A stretch of 64,000 nt of DNA from an uncultured Bacillota bacterium. Lineage in GTDB: Bacteria; Bacillota_I; Bacilli_A; RF39; UBA660. Under the pieces are notes generated by a model. It was not told where the DNA came from, searched no databases, and saw only the letters and a program-made list of their open reading frames with translations. How positions within the stretch are numbered: the stretch's first letter is position 1; each line of letters begins with the position of its first letter. This document shows, piece by piece, positions 22,510 through 31,531 of this stretch. Where the stretch lies: contig CAMJOB010000001.1 of assembly GCA_946407495.1 (NCBI GenBank), positions 9,549 to 73,548 of the forward strand, written 5' to 3'. The position numbers and the translations under genes were made by a program.

Positions 22510-24279
22510 ATGAATATAAATAACGGAAAAACAGGAAACGTAAACATCCCTGGAGCACTTCATTCTACAGGTGGCGATGGAGATGGTCAAGTAGGTGGAG
22601 TTGTAGCTTATGCTGGAGATATTTACGATGAAACTCTTGGGAAGAATCAAAAAGAAATTAACCAAACACTTTTAGATGGAAGTGCAGATTCTAATGTTAT
22701 AGTTGTTGCTTTAAATGATTTAAATGAGAAAGTTGAAGAACAAGAAAAAGTTACTTCTGAAGCATTAAATGATTTAAATGAAAAAACAGATAATTTAAAT
22801 AAAGATATTGAAGATTTAGAAAAAACTACATCTTCTTCATTAAACGATTTAAACGATAAATTAAATAATTTAGATAATAATGAAACAATCACATCTATTT
22901 CATTAAATGATTTAAATGAGAAAGTAGATGATTTAAATGATAAAACAAATAATGATGAATTAGTTACAGCATCTGCTTTAACTGATTTAAATGATAAATG
23001 TATACAAAAAGATGAAGATGGAAATGTAATTATTTAGAAAATTAAATTAGATGTATCAAAACCACCTAGACAAATAAATGAAAGAATAAAAATACAATTT
23101 ATAGATGATATAGATTTATTTGTTTCTCAATATATAAAATTACTTAAAATTATATACGAATCTGAAATATCTAATCTACCTGCTGATTAGGTAAATGAAT
23201 TTTGGAATGAACAAGAACAATCAATTCGTGAAAGACAAGAAAATTATAAATTATTTATAATTAATAATGATAAATATAAAAATTTAATAATTTCTGAAAT
23301 TTATGATGCTAATAATAATTTAGTAGAAGAAGTAGAAGGTGAAATTCCAGGATTGATTATGATTCCTAAAGAATCTTCTATTGTAGCTAATACTGATTAT
23401 TATCTTAATAGTTTTCATGTAATTGATGAAGAATTTATAACTATTTTTGATTTAAAAAGATCAGGAAAACTTTATTTACAAGGAGTAGGTAATTATGGAG
23501 AATCTAATTCTAATGAAGAATCAGATGAAGAATCAAGTGAAAATTCTGAAAATCCTAAATCAGTACAAGAAGTAATTTTTGATTTAAAAAATAATTTACA
23601 AAATCTAAATTTAGATTTTAAAAATAATTTAAAAATAGACAGTCAAGGAAATTTAGTTGTTCATGAAATAGGAACTTACGAAAAAGAAACACATGGATCA
23701 TCTGGCTTTCATTTATCAGATGATTATGAAAAAATATATACAGCTTTAACTTATGATCCAGATTCTTCTACTACTCCTCAATTGGATGTTTATACTCAAG
23801 AAGAGTTAAAACAAAAATTAGTACAAGATAATTTAATTAATCCTGATTATTATTATTATGTAGTAGTAAATTATGATGGATCACCATATTTAGCAGGTGA
23901 TAGTTTTTATAATCCAAATAATATTGATGGTTTTTCAAAATTTGTAAGAATAAGAATGAATGACGATTATGTTGAGTTTTCTGATTATATTGAAAAACGT
24001 AATAATGATGATATTATTGCTTATATAGTAATTGGATTAGAAACAGAATTTTCTGGAGATCTTTCAAATGTACTTTTAATGTATGACCATTATCCTAAAT
24101 TTGATAAATATATAAGTAAAATCAATTTAAATGATGGAAAGTTATATTTATCAGGAATAGGTAATTATACACCAACAAATCCTTCTTATAATGGTATTCT
24201 TAGTCTTTAGGAAGTAATTGCAAATTTAACAAGCAGAATTGAAACATTAGAAAATCAATTAAATGGAGGAAATTCTTAA
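22510..24279 (+). CDS. fibre-like protein with coiled-coil LNDLNEK repeats (589 aa); 3 TAG
   Basis: frame 1 continuous through TAG 23035, 23188, 24208 to TAA 24277-24279. Confidence 0.45.
22708..23000 (+). repeat. tandem ~14-codon repeats encoding (S/A)LNDLNEK, six or more copies
   Basis: gcattaaatgatttaaatgaRaaa-type units repeated in frame. Confidence 0.6.
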
Positions 24280-24297
24280 TAAATTTTAACGTATTAT

Positions 24298-24330
24298 TTT
24301 TGTTAGTTAAATTAATAAATTGTATATTTG
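24298..24330 (+). promoter_or_regulatory. Bacteroidetes-type promoter candidate (TTTG 24298-24301, spacer 21, TATATTTG 24323-24330)
   Basis: motif pair about 35 nt upstream of ATG 24364. Confidence 0.35.
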
Positions 24331-24363
24331 TTTATATTTTATTAATTTAATTAACAATGTAAT

Positions 24364-24735
24364 ATGAACGATATACGAAAAACTTTAATGTTATTAAAAA
24401 ACATAAACAAATACGGAATATTCGCATTAACTTTAATATGTATTATATATTGTGGTTTAATGTATTTTGGATATGATTATTTTGGTATCCATTTAGCTTT
24501 ATTCGGATTTGCTTTAGGTTTAAGACTAACTTTATCAAAAGTATTTGGTTTATGTTGGGTACATAGATTATGTATTATTTATATATTTCTTATATCATTT
24601 TGCGTAGCAACATTAAGACATAATATATTTAATATATTAGGCGTAGATATAAAATTAATAGAAGGTTTGTTATTTGGAATAGGACTATTACTTATTCCAT
24701 TAACGTTTTGGAAACTTAAAAACAAAAATTGTTAA
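24364..24735 (+). CDS. small polytopic membrane protein (about 4 TM, 123 aa), GtrA-like flippase candidate
   Basis: hydrophobic segments; KYGIFALTLICIIY ... LSKVFGLCWVHR loosely resembles GtrA-family pattern; size matches. Confidence 0.3.
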   Translation: MNDIRKTLMLLKNINKYGIFALTLICIIYCGLMYFGYDYFGIHLALFGFALGLRLTLSKVFGLCWVHRLCIIYIFLISFCVATLRHNIFNILGVDIKLIEGLLFGIGLLLIPLTFWKLKNKNC

Positions 24736-24738
24736 ATT

Positions 24739-25536
24739 ATGAATAAATATTTAAAACTTTTCGAAACAGAAGACGATTTTAAAAGTTGTCTTGAAGCTAA
24801 AATTGGTGGTGATAATACCGAAATGGGATTTCCAAATGTATCTGTAATAGGAGTAGAAGATAGTAATGGAAATTTTTCAGCAAGTGACGTTTTTTATATT
24901 AAAGATCTTAATAAAGCTGAAGCTGTTCGTGAGTATTTACGTTTAAACGGTAGTCGTTGGATTAATCCTACTGATATAAATATTGTATCATCAGAAGGAC
25001 ACGAGATAAAAACATTAAGTGTAACTATTAATAATCATATGGGTTATAATGGTTATCCTGAAAATTGGGCTGTTGTAAGATTTCAACCATATGATTGGTA
25101 TGATAAAAAAACTAATACTACATATTATGCATTTATAAGTAACGATGCTTATAAAAATATCACATATAGTACTGGAAATATAAATGTTCTTGATGGAAAT
25201 GATATCGCAATAAATCTTGTAAAAGGTTATAATGGATATGGGCCTAATGAACGACTTTCAAGTTATAATCCTCCTGATAATACTGTACCTCCATTTCATG
25301 GAAAAATCATATATGTAAAAGATTTATCAGGACATACAAGTTATAACGATACACTTCATGAAATTTATGAAAGAACATTTAATGTAGATGCACAGAGTAA
25401 TCTTACATTTAATGATGATATAAAACCATTTGAAGCTGATGGTGCTAGTTATCATGGAGTATATTATTCTAATTCTTATAATAATGCAATTGAAGGTTAT
25501 ATTGATTCAGGTTCTGGCTCAGGATCTGGTAATTAA
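24739..25536 (+). CDS. hypothetical protein (265 aa) ending in GSGSGSGN linker
   Basis: ORF track; TAA. Confidence 0.35.
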   Translation: MNKYLKLFETEDDFKSCLEAKIGGDNTEMGFPNVSVIGVEDSNGNFSASDVFYIKDLNKAEAVREYLRLNGSRWINPTDINIVSSEGHEIKTLSVTINNHMGYNGYPENWAVVRFQPYDWYDKKTNTTYYAFISNDAYKNITYSTGNINVLDGNDIAINLVKGYNGYGPNERLSSYNPPDNTVPPFHGKIIYVKDLSGHTSYNDTLHEIYERTFNVDAQSNLTFNDDIKPFEADGASYHGVYYSNSYNNAIEGYIDSGSGSGSGN

Positions 25537-25552
25537 TATTATTAATATAGAT

Positions 25553-25590
25553 AAGTTTGCTAGTATTTCTAGCAAACTTTTTTAATTTTA
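25553..25590 (+). terminator. rho-independent terminator
   Basis: perfect 11-bp stem aagtttgctag/ctagcaaactt, loop tattt, then ttttttaatttta. Confidence 0.55.
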
Positions 25591-25597
25591 TATATTT

Positions 25598-27970
25598 ATG
25601 AAAAATTGTATATTAACAGTAATTAAAAATGAACATGAATATCTTGATGAATGGATACAATATCATTTAAATTTAGGAATAGATTATATTTTCATATTTG
25701 AAGATATAGATAGTGATTCACATAAAGAAATCACAGATAAATACGATAAAGTATTTTTGAAAAACATAACATTCTTATTTAATGAAAAGGAAATTAAAAA
25801 GATAAAGGAATCAAAAATATCAAAAACACAAGGAAATATACAACATATGTATTATAAAAGTGGTATTAGTTATATTAAAAAACAATATAATTTTGATTGG
25901 TGTTTTGTAATAGATGACGATGAATTTATCACGCTTGAAAAAGATAAAAATTTAACTAATGTTTTATCTTTATATAATAATTATGATGCTGTTATATTAC
26001 AATGGAAATGTTATGGTGCAAATAGATATGTAAATAAACCAGATTATAGTAAAGGAACTATTGAAACATTTACAAAAGAAATTACAGGAAAATTACCTGA
26101 CCGATCTAAATCTTTAGTTAAAACTTGTTATAATTTAAATAAATATAAAGAAGGAAATCTTTCATCTCAACATTTACCTTCATTAGATTCTAATTGGTGT
26201 AAAACAGATTTTAGTAAAAATATAGAAATTCCTATTTATAACAATATTTTTATAAGACATTATGTAACAAGGTCTTGGGAAGAATGGATTTGGAAAACAA
26301 AAACAAGAGGAAGTTTTTGGGGAGAAACAAGACATTTAGATACATTCTTTGAAATAAATCCAGATATGGAATATTTAAAAAAGGATTTAATTAATGATTA
26401 TAAAAATAACATAACAAATTGTATTTTTACAATTATTAAGAATGAGCAAGAATATTTAAAAGAATGGATTGATTATCATTTGAATTTAGGTATTAATTAT
26501 ATATTTATATTAGAAGATTTCGATAGTACAAGTCATAAAGAAATTACTGATAAATATTCTAATGTAAAATTAGTTAGAGCTGAAGAATTTCTTACGAAAG
26601 AACAACTTCAAGAAGCAATCGAATTAAAAAAGAAAACAGCTCCTCAAAATTTTTATCTTAAACTTGCTCTTAATCATATTAAAAAATGTCATTCATATAT
26701 AGATTGGTGTTTTATAATTGATAATGATGAGTTTTTAACATTAGAAGAAAATAAAACATTACAAGATATATTTGTAGAATTTCAAAGTTACGATGCTTTT
26801 ATAATGCATTGGGAATGTTACGGAGCAAATAATCTTGTATTTAAACCCGATTATTCTGAAAAAGGAGTTGTTGAAACATATACAAAACCAGCAAGAGGAA
26901 GATTATTAAATGAAGATCGATTAAAAGTTAAAACTTGTTATAATATGAATAAATATAAAGATGGATATTTATTTAATATGCATACTCCATCTAATATTTG
27001 TTCTAATAAATGTAATACAAATCATAAAACTAATTTCTTAAATGAAACATATAAAAATATTTATATTAGACATTATATAACAAGATCTTTAGAAGAATAT
27101 CTTTGGAAAAAAGAATCACGAGGACAACAAGAAAGGCGTGATGATAATTTATCAATGTTTTATTGGATAAATCCAGAAATGAAAGATAAAAAAGAAGAAG
27201 ATTTAAAATTATTAAGACCAGAAACTTTAGTAATTTTACCGTATGTTCAAACAGGAGCACAAGGTAATGAAATTAGATTGTGTTTAAACGCTTGGAAAAA
27301 ATTCTGTACTTTTGAATATAAATTTATTGTAGTAGGAGAATTTTCAGATGATTTAAAAACTGAATATTCTTGGGTTGAATTTATGCATTTCTCTAAAATG
27401 AATGATACTAAAGGAGAATATACTCCACATCTGGATATATTTAATAAAATGTTTATATTAATGAATAAATACTATTCACATCAAAACTTTATTTATATTA
27501 CAGATGATGAATATGCAATTAAACCTTTTACTTTAGAAGATATTACAACTACACATTATTTAACTAAAGAAACAAAAGGAAATCCTAATTCACCTTCAAA
27601 TTATTGGTCTAATAATTTATGGAAAACTAAAAAATATTTATTAGAACATAATCATCCTGTTATTAATTATGTAACTCATTATCCTGTATATTTTAATATT
27701 GATAAATTATTAGAACTTGAAAGAAAAATCAATTTAAAAAAGAATAGTTATGTATTAGAAAACTTATATTTTAACATATTCCCTACAAAAAATATGATAC
27801 AAGTTGATTCTATAAGATTAGGTATTTGGGATAATGATATTTTTAGAGATAAATTTAAAGATGCTATAAATAATCCAAATATTAAATTTGTTTGTAATAG
27901 CGTAAAAGGTTGGAGTAAAGAATTAGAAATTGAATTAAATAAAATAATAAACGATGGAAAAACTAACTGA
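25598..27970 (+). CDS. multidomain glycosyltransferase: two tandem GT92-like (DUF23-type) domains plus a third DDE(Y)-containing C-terminal domain (790 aa)
   Basis: repeats NEHEYLDEWIQYHLNLGIDYIFIFED...DWCFVIDDDEFI and NEQEYLKEWIDYHLNLGINYIFILED...DWCFIIDNDEFL; single ORF without TAG. Confidence 0.5.
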   Translation: MKNCILTVIKNEHEYLDEWIQYHLNLGIDYIFIFEDIDSDSHKEITDKYDKVFLKNITFLFNEKEIKKIKESKISKTQGNIQHMYYKSGISYIKKQYNFDWCFVIDDDEFITLEKDKNLTNVLSLYNNYDAVILQWKCYGANRYVNKPDYSKGTIETFTKEITGKLPDRSKSLVKTCYNLNKYKEGNLSSQHLPSLDSNWCKTDFSKNIEIPIYNNIFIRHYVTRSWEEWIWKTKTRGSFWGETRHLDTFFEINPDMEYLKKDLINDYKNNITNCIFTIIKNEQEYLKEWIDYHLNLGINYIFILEDFDSTSHKEITDKYSNVKLVRAEEFLTKEQLQEAIELKKKTAPQNFYLKLALNHIKKCHSYIDWCFIIDNDEFLTLEENKTLQDIFVEFQSYDAFIMHWECYGANNLVFKPDYSEKGVVETYTKPARGRLLNEDRLKVKTCYNMNKYKDGYLFNMHTPSNICSNKCNTNHKTNFLNETYKNIYIRHYITRSLEEYLWKKESRGQQERRDDNLSMFYWINPEMKDKKEEDLKLLRPETLVILPYVQTGAQGNEIRLCLNAWKKFCTFEYKFIVVGEFSDDLKTEYSWVEFMHFSKMNDTKGEYTPHLDIFNKMFILMNKYYSHQNFIYITDDEYAIKPFTLEDITTTHYLTKETKGNPNSPSNYWSNNLWKTKKYLLEHNHPVINYVTHYPVYFNIDKLLELERKINLKKNSYVLENLYFNIFPTKNMIQVDSIRLGIWDNDIFRDKFKDAINNPNIKFVCNSVKGWSKELEIELNKIINDGKTN

Positions 27971-28175
27971 TAAAGATAAGCTCAAACATTTTGGTGCTTG
28001 TGTATTAATTTCAACTTTACATCCTTATTTAGCAATCGGTGCTTCATTAGGAAAAGAATATGGAGATAAAAATGCTGCTGGTAATCATTGGTGTTGGTTA
28101 GATTTAGCAGCAGACGGAATAGGTACTTTAATTGGAATGATTCCTCATTATATTATTTTTGGCTCATGGATTTAA
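27954..28175 (+). CDS. small hydrophobic/membrane protein (73 aa)
   Basis: ORF track; two hydrophobic stretches. Confidence 0.3.
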   Translation: MEKLTDKDKLKHFGACVLISTLHPYLAIGASLGKEYGDKNAAGNHWCWLDLAADGIGTLIGMIPHYIIFGSWI

Positions 28176-28429
28176 AAAGAATATTAGCACAATATTTAAG
28201 AGAGACTGCTGATAAAATAGAATAGAATACTTGTAGTTTAACTGATTCTGAAATAAAACATTTACTTAGATATATAATGCACGAAGAAATGAATAAGCAA
28301 CAAGCTGCTGATTATTTAAATATATCTACAAGAACATTTGATAGATATATAGAATCTGGTAAATTACCTCAAGGTATTCATGTAAGAGGAAGTAAAAACT
28401 TAATTTGGTATAAAGACGAATTAATATAA
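28166..28429 (+). CDS. helix-turn-helix DNA-binding protein, Xis/AlpA (HTH_17)-like; one TAG at codon 21
   Basis: QQAADYLNISTRTFDRYIESGKLPQGIHVRGSKNLIWYKDEL matches excisionase-type HTH pattern. Confidence 0.5.
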
Positions 28430-28430
28430 T

Positions 28431-28967
28431 ATGTTAGGCTCACATAACTCATTTACATATAAAACTTCAAAATGGTTAATATTTGATTTATTTTCTCATT
28501 TTTGGAGATGTCAAGAAAAAACTCTTGATGAACAATATGATTTAGGAGTAAGATATTTTGACATTAGAGTTAGAAAAATAGAAGATGGTTATCAAATTTG
28601 TCATGGAATAATAGATGTTAAAAAGAAATTTATTTCATTAGATGAAATATGTTATTTCATGGGACTAAATTATCCTAATTCTACATTTAGATTAGTTTTA
28701 GAAAGAGGTGACAAATCTGAATTTTTAAGAGATGTTGAATTTATTAAAAGTTTTAAAAATTTAGATGAAGTAATTATTAAAAAACCTTGGGAAACAATTT
28801 ATAAAAGAAAAGAAGCATTACCTATTATAGAATATTCTTTTGAAGATTGGACTTGGAAGAATCTTTTTAAATGTATTTATAAAAATTTAATAAAGAATAA
28901 AGAAAAAATTTCTATAGAGGATGCTTTAGAAGATAAGTCTACTATTCATCTTATGGATTATGTATAA
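28431..28967 (+). CDS. PLC-like phosphodiesterase (PI-PLC X-domain-like), 178 aa
   Basis: LGSHNSFTY ... LGVRYFDIRVRKIEDGYQICHGI reproduces catalytic His / R-x-F-D-I-R / HG motif arrangement of PI-PLC X domains. Confidence 0.45.
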   Translation: MLGSHNSFTYKTSKWLIFDLFSHFWRCQEKTLDEQYDLGVRYFDIRVRKIEDGYQICHGIIDVKKKFISLDEICYFMGLNYPNSTFRLVLERGDKSEFLRDVEFIKSFKNLDEVIIKKPWETIYKRKEALPIIEYSFEDWTWKNLFKCIYKNLIKNKEKISIEDALEDKSTIHLMDYV

Positions 28968-28973
28968 AATTAA

Positions 28974-29012
28974 AAGCTGAGACCAAATAAGGTTTCAGCT
29001 TTTATTATTTTA
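28974..29012 (+). terminator. rho-independent terminator
   Basis: stem aagctgagacc/ggtttcagctt (one G-U), loop aaataa, then ttattatttt. Confidence 0.55.
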
Positions 29013-29116
29013 AAAAATATGTGTCTAATGATATTGCACTCATATTATTAAATTTATATTTGTATAGATATTTAGATAGCGCGCTAATTATTATTAACCT
29101 TTTAAATTTTTATATT

Positions 29117-29905
29117 ATGAGTGACACAGTAGACAGAATTATAATGCCAGATAGCAATAATGCTGCAGAAACTATGGCATTAATGAATAATAATAACTGG
29201 ATGAATAATCCATTTATGTATTTAATTTGGTTAGCTTTCTTCGGAAACAATGGATTTGGAGGATTCGGCGGAAATGGTCAAGGAATTCAAAATTCAGAGA
29301 TAATGTCTTAGATTAATGCTTTAAGAAGTCAGATTGCTGAAAATCAGAATACAAATGGATTACAAGCAGCAATAGGTTCTAACCATGAAGCATTACATGG
29401 AATCAATAACGGATTAGGTTTAGGATTTGCTAATACTGCATCTAATATAAACAATGCATCTATGGCAAATGTTTTAAGTCAGAAAGATATTCAAGCACAA
29501 CTTGCAGGAAGTTCTTCTAATATAATTGCATCAATACTTGGACAAACTAATGATATACAGGCACAAGTTGCAGCAAATAACGCAGCAAATGCACTACAAG
29601 CTTGTCAAAATAATAGTGCAATACTAAGTAGAATTGATGCTCAAACAAATGCAGTAGAATCTCAACTTGCTCAAATGAGTTATGCTTTAGCAACAGGAAA
29701 AGGTGAAATTGTAAATCAGAATGATAGAAATACAAATGCTATTCTTCAAGGACAATTAGCACAGACACAGACTATTGTTAATACATTAAATAACCATTGG
29801 CAAGAAGAATTAGCTCAGAAATATCAGGATGCTAAATTAGAGCTTTCACAACTTAATCAAAACGCTACATTGATTGCGGCGCTTAAACCTACAACAACTG
29901 CTTAA
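29117..29905 (+). CDS. hypothetical protein with one TM segment and Gln/Ala/Asn-rich helical region (263 aa); 1 TAG
   Basis: ATG 29117, TAG 29309, continues into ORF 29462..29905; upstream TATATTTG at 29055-29062. Confidence 0.4.
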
Positions 29906-29907
29906 TT

Positions 29908-30270
29908 ATGATTATTATTTATAAGAAACCAGATTATTTTTCTAAATACGGAAAACATTTCAATGAAAAACTCTGTAAATATGCTATATCTTTAATGGAA
30001 CATCATAAATAGCCTTTAAATAAAGAATAGATAGATAGAATATTAAATAACAAAATTCCTGAAAATAATAAACTTTGGGATTATGTATTTGTTGCTAATA
30101 TGGCATATAATGATTTTTATAACAGTTCTATTGAAGATGAAAGACATTTAGCATTATATATAAAAGATTATATTGATGATGAAGACGGATATGAAGGATT
30201 ACCATTTTGTAGATGGTACGCAGATATTAAAGCAAAAAATATAGATGTAGATTTAAATGATATGATTTAA
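29908..30270 (+). CDS. hypothetical protein (120 aa); TAG at codons 36 and 41
   Basis: frame 1 from ATG 29908 to TAA 30268-30270. Confidence 0.35.
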
Positions 30271-30276
30271 AAAATT

Positions 30277-30320
30277 AAGTCGGGAAGAATTATCTTCTCG
30301 ACTTTTTTATTTTTATTTAA
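30277..30320 (+). terminator. rho-independent terminator
   Basis: 12-bp stem aagtcgggaaga/tcttctcgactt (one G-U), loop atta, then ttttatttttattt. Confidence 0.6.
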
Positions 30321-30325
30321 AAAAT

Positions 30326-30355
30326 TTTGATTTTAATAAAAATTAACATACATTT
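30326..30355 (+). promoter_or_regulatory. Bacteroidetes-type promoter candidate (TTTG 30326-30329, spacer 18, TACATTTG 30348-30355) for lysis cassette
   Basis: motif pair about 40 nt upstream of holin ATG 30397. Confidence 0.35.
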
Positions 30356-30396
30356 GTACGAATACTAATAAAACATAAATAACTAACAAAATAGAT

Positions 30397-30810
30397 ATGT
30401 TTAAAACATTTGATTTTTCACATTTGTAGGCAGAATCCGGTTGGATTGTTATAATATATATAGCAGTACTTATTGCAATGATTTTGGATTTCATTACTGG
30501 AGTTCATAAAGCAAGTTTAAGAGGAGAAGCTACTACAAGTCGTGGATTTAGACGTACAGCAGAAAAAGCATAGCAATATTTTTTACCTATGATATGTTTA
30601 ACTGCAATTGATGTTATTGCATCAAATTTTTTAGATTATCCGTATTTAACGGCTGTCATAGGTGCTTTTAATATTTATATTGAACTACGTTCTATTTGGG
30701 AAAATACACATAGCGTAGAAGAAACTAAAAAGCAACAACAGCAAGCAGCTCAATTAATAGATTTTATTGAAAAGAATCGTAAAGAATTAAAATTTATATT
30801 AGACAAATGA
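30397..30810 (+). CDS. holin, phage_holin_4_1 (toxin-secretion/phage-lysis holin) family; TAG at codons 11 and 51
   Basis: GWIVIIYIAVLIAMILDFITGVHKASLRGEATTSRGFRRTAEK pattern; TM segments; immediately upstream of endolysin. Confidence 0.65.
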
Positions 30811-31223
30811 ACTTTACAGTAAATGAATTATGTAAAAGTAAAACAGCAACTCGTAAAGGAATTAATAATACACCAACTCCTAAAGTAAAGGAGAATCTTG
30901 AAAAATTAATTAAAAATGTATTACAACCTTTAAGAGATAAATTTGGAGAACCTATTATCGTAGATAGCGGTTATCGTTGTCCAAAATTAAATACGGCTGT
31001 GGGTGGAGCTAAAACTTCACAACATTTATATGGACAAGCTGCTGATATTAGAACAGTATCTGACACAGTTACTGATAATAAAAGATTATTTGATACAGCT
31101 AAAAAGATGATAGACGATAAAGAAATTATCGTAGGGCAGTTAATTAATGAGTATAATTATAACTGGGTTCACATTTCAATTCCAGATGAAAGACATAAAA
31201 ATCAAATTATAGCAATAAAATGA
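30807..31223 (+). CDS. endolysin, peptidase M15 (L-Ala-D-Glu / D-Ala-D-Ala peptidase-like, Peptidase_M15_3)
   Basis: DSGYRCPKLNTAVGGAKTSQHLYGQAADI zinc-binding motif block; start overlaps holin stop. Confidence 0.7.
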   Translation: MNFTVNELCKSKTATRKGINNTPTPKVKENLEKLIKNVLQPLRDKFGEPIIVDSGYRCPKLNTAVGGAKTSQHLYGQAADIRTVSDTVTDNKRLFDTAKKMIDDKEIIVGQLINEYNYNWVHISIPDERHKNQIIAIK

Positions 31224-31519
31224 TGAATTGGGAACCAGGATTTGGAATAACTTATAAAAATGCAAATGGTGGTAGAACCGCCATTATTAATAATACAAAT
31301 AAGTTTAACAAAGAATTGTTACCTACTTTTGATAAAACTCCAATTACAGGTGATGATGTAATTTCTTCGGGAAATCTTAAACGATTTTTAGAAAAACAAA
31401 GTCCTGGCTTTTATTATTATTCTGAAGAAGAAAAAAATAAAGCTAAACAAGGTGACGTAGGACTTTATTTATTACTTGGTGATAAGAGTATATTGAAATT
31501 GGGTAATGATTTTATTTAA
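31220..31519 (+). CDS. hypothetical protein (99 aa) following endolysin
   Basis: ORF track; overlapping start ATGA. Confidence 0.3.
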   Translation: MMNWEPGFGITYKNANGGRTAIINNTNKFNKELLPTFDKTPITGDDVISSGNLKRFLEKQSPGFYYYSEEEKNKAKQGDVGLYLLLGDKSILKLGNDFI

Positions 31520-31531
31520 AATGTAAAGAAA

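Noticed and set aside
22708-23000. Repeat array considered as a possible CRISPR
   Set aside because: Repeats are in-frame codon repeats inside a CDS with no spacer structure; no CRISPR arrays seen anywhere in the window.
28166-28429. Xis-like HTH as evidence of a temperate lifestyle or integration module
   Set aside because: No integrase, repressor or attachment-site structure is visible in the window. The HTH is more likely a small regulator within the accessory island.
29021-29116. N-terminal extension of ORF 29021 (MSNDIALILLNLYLYRYL...)
   Set aside because: The extension translates AT-rich promoter-like sequence containing a TATATTTG -7 element. ATG 29117 gives a sensible start just downstream.
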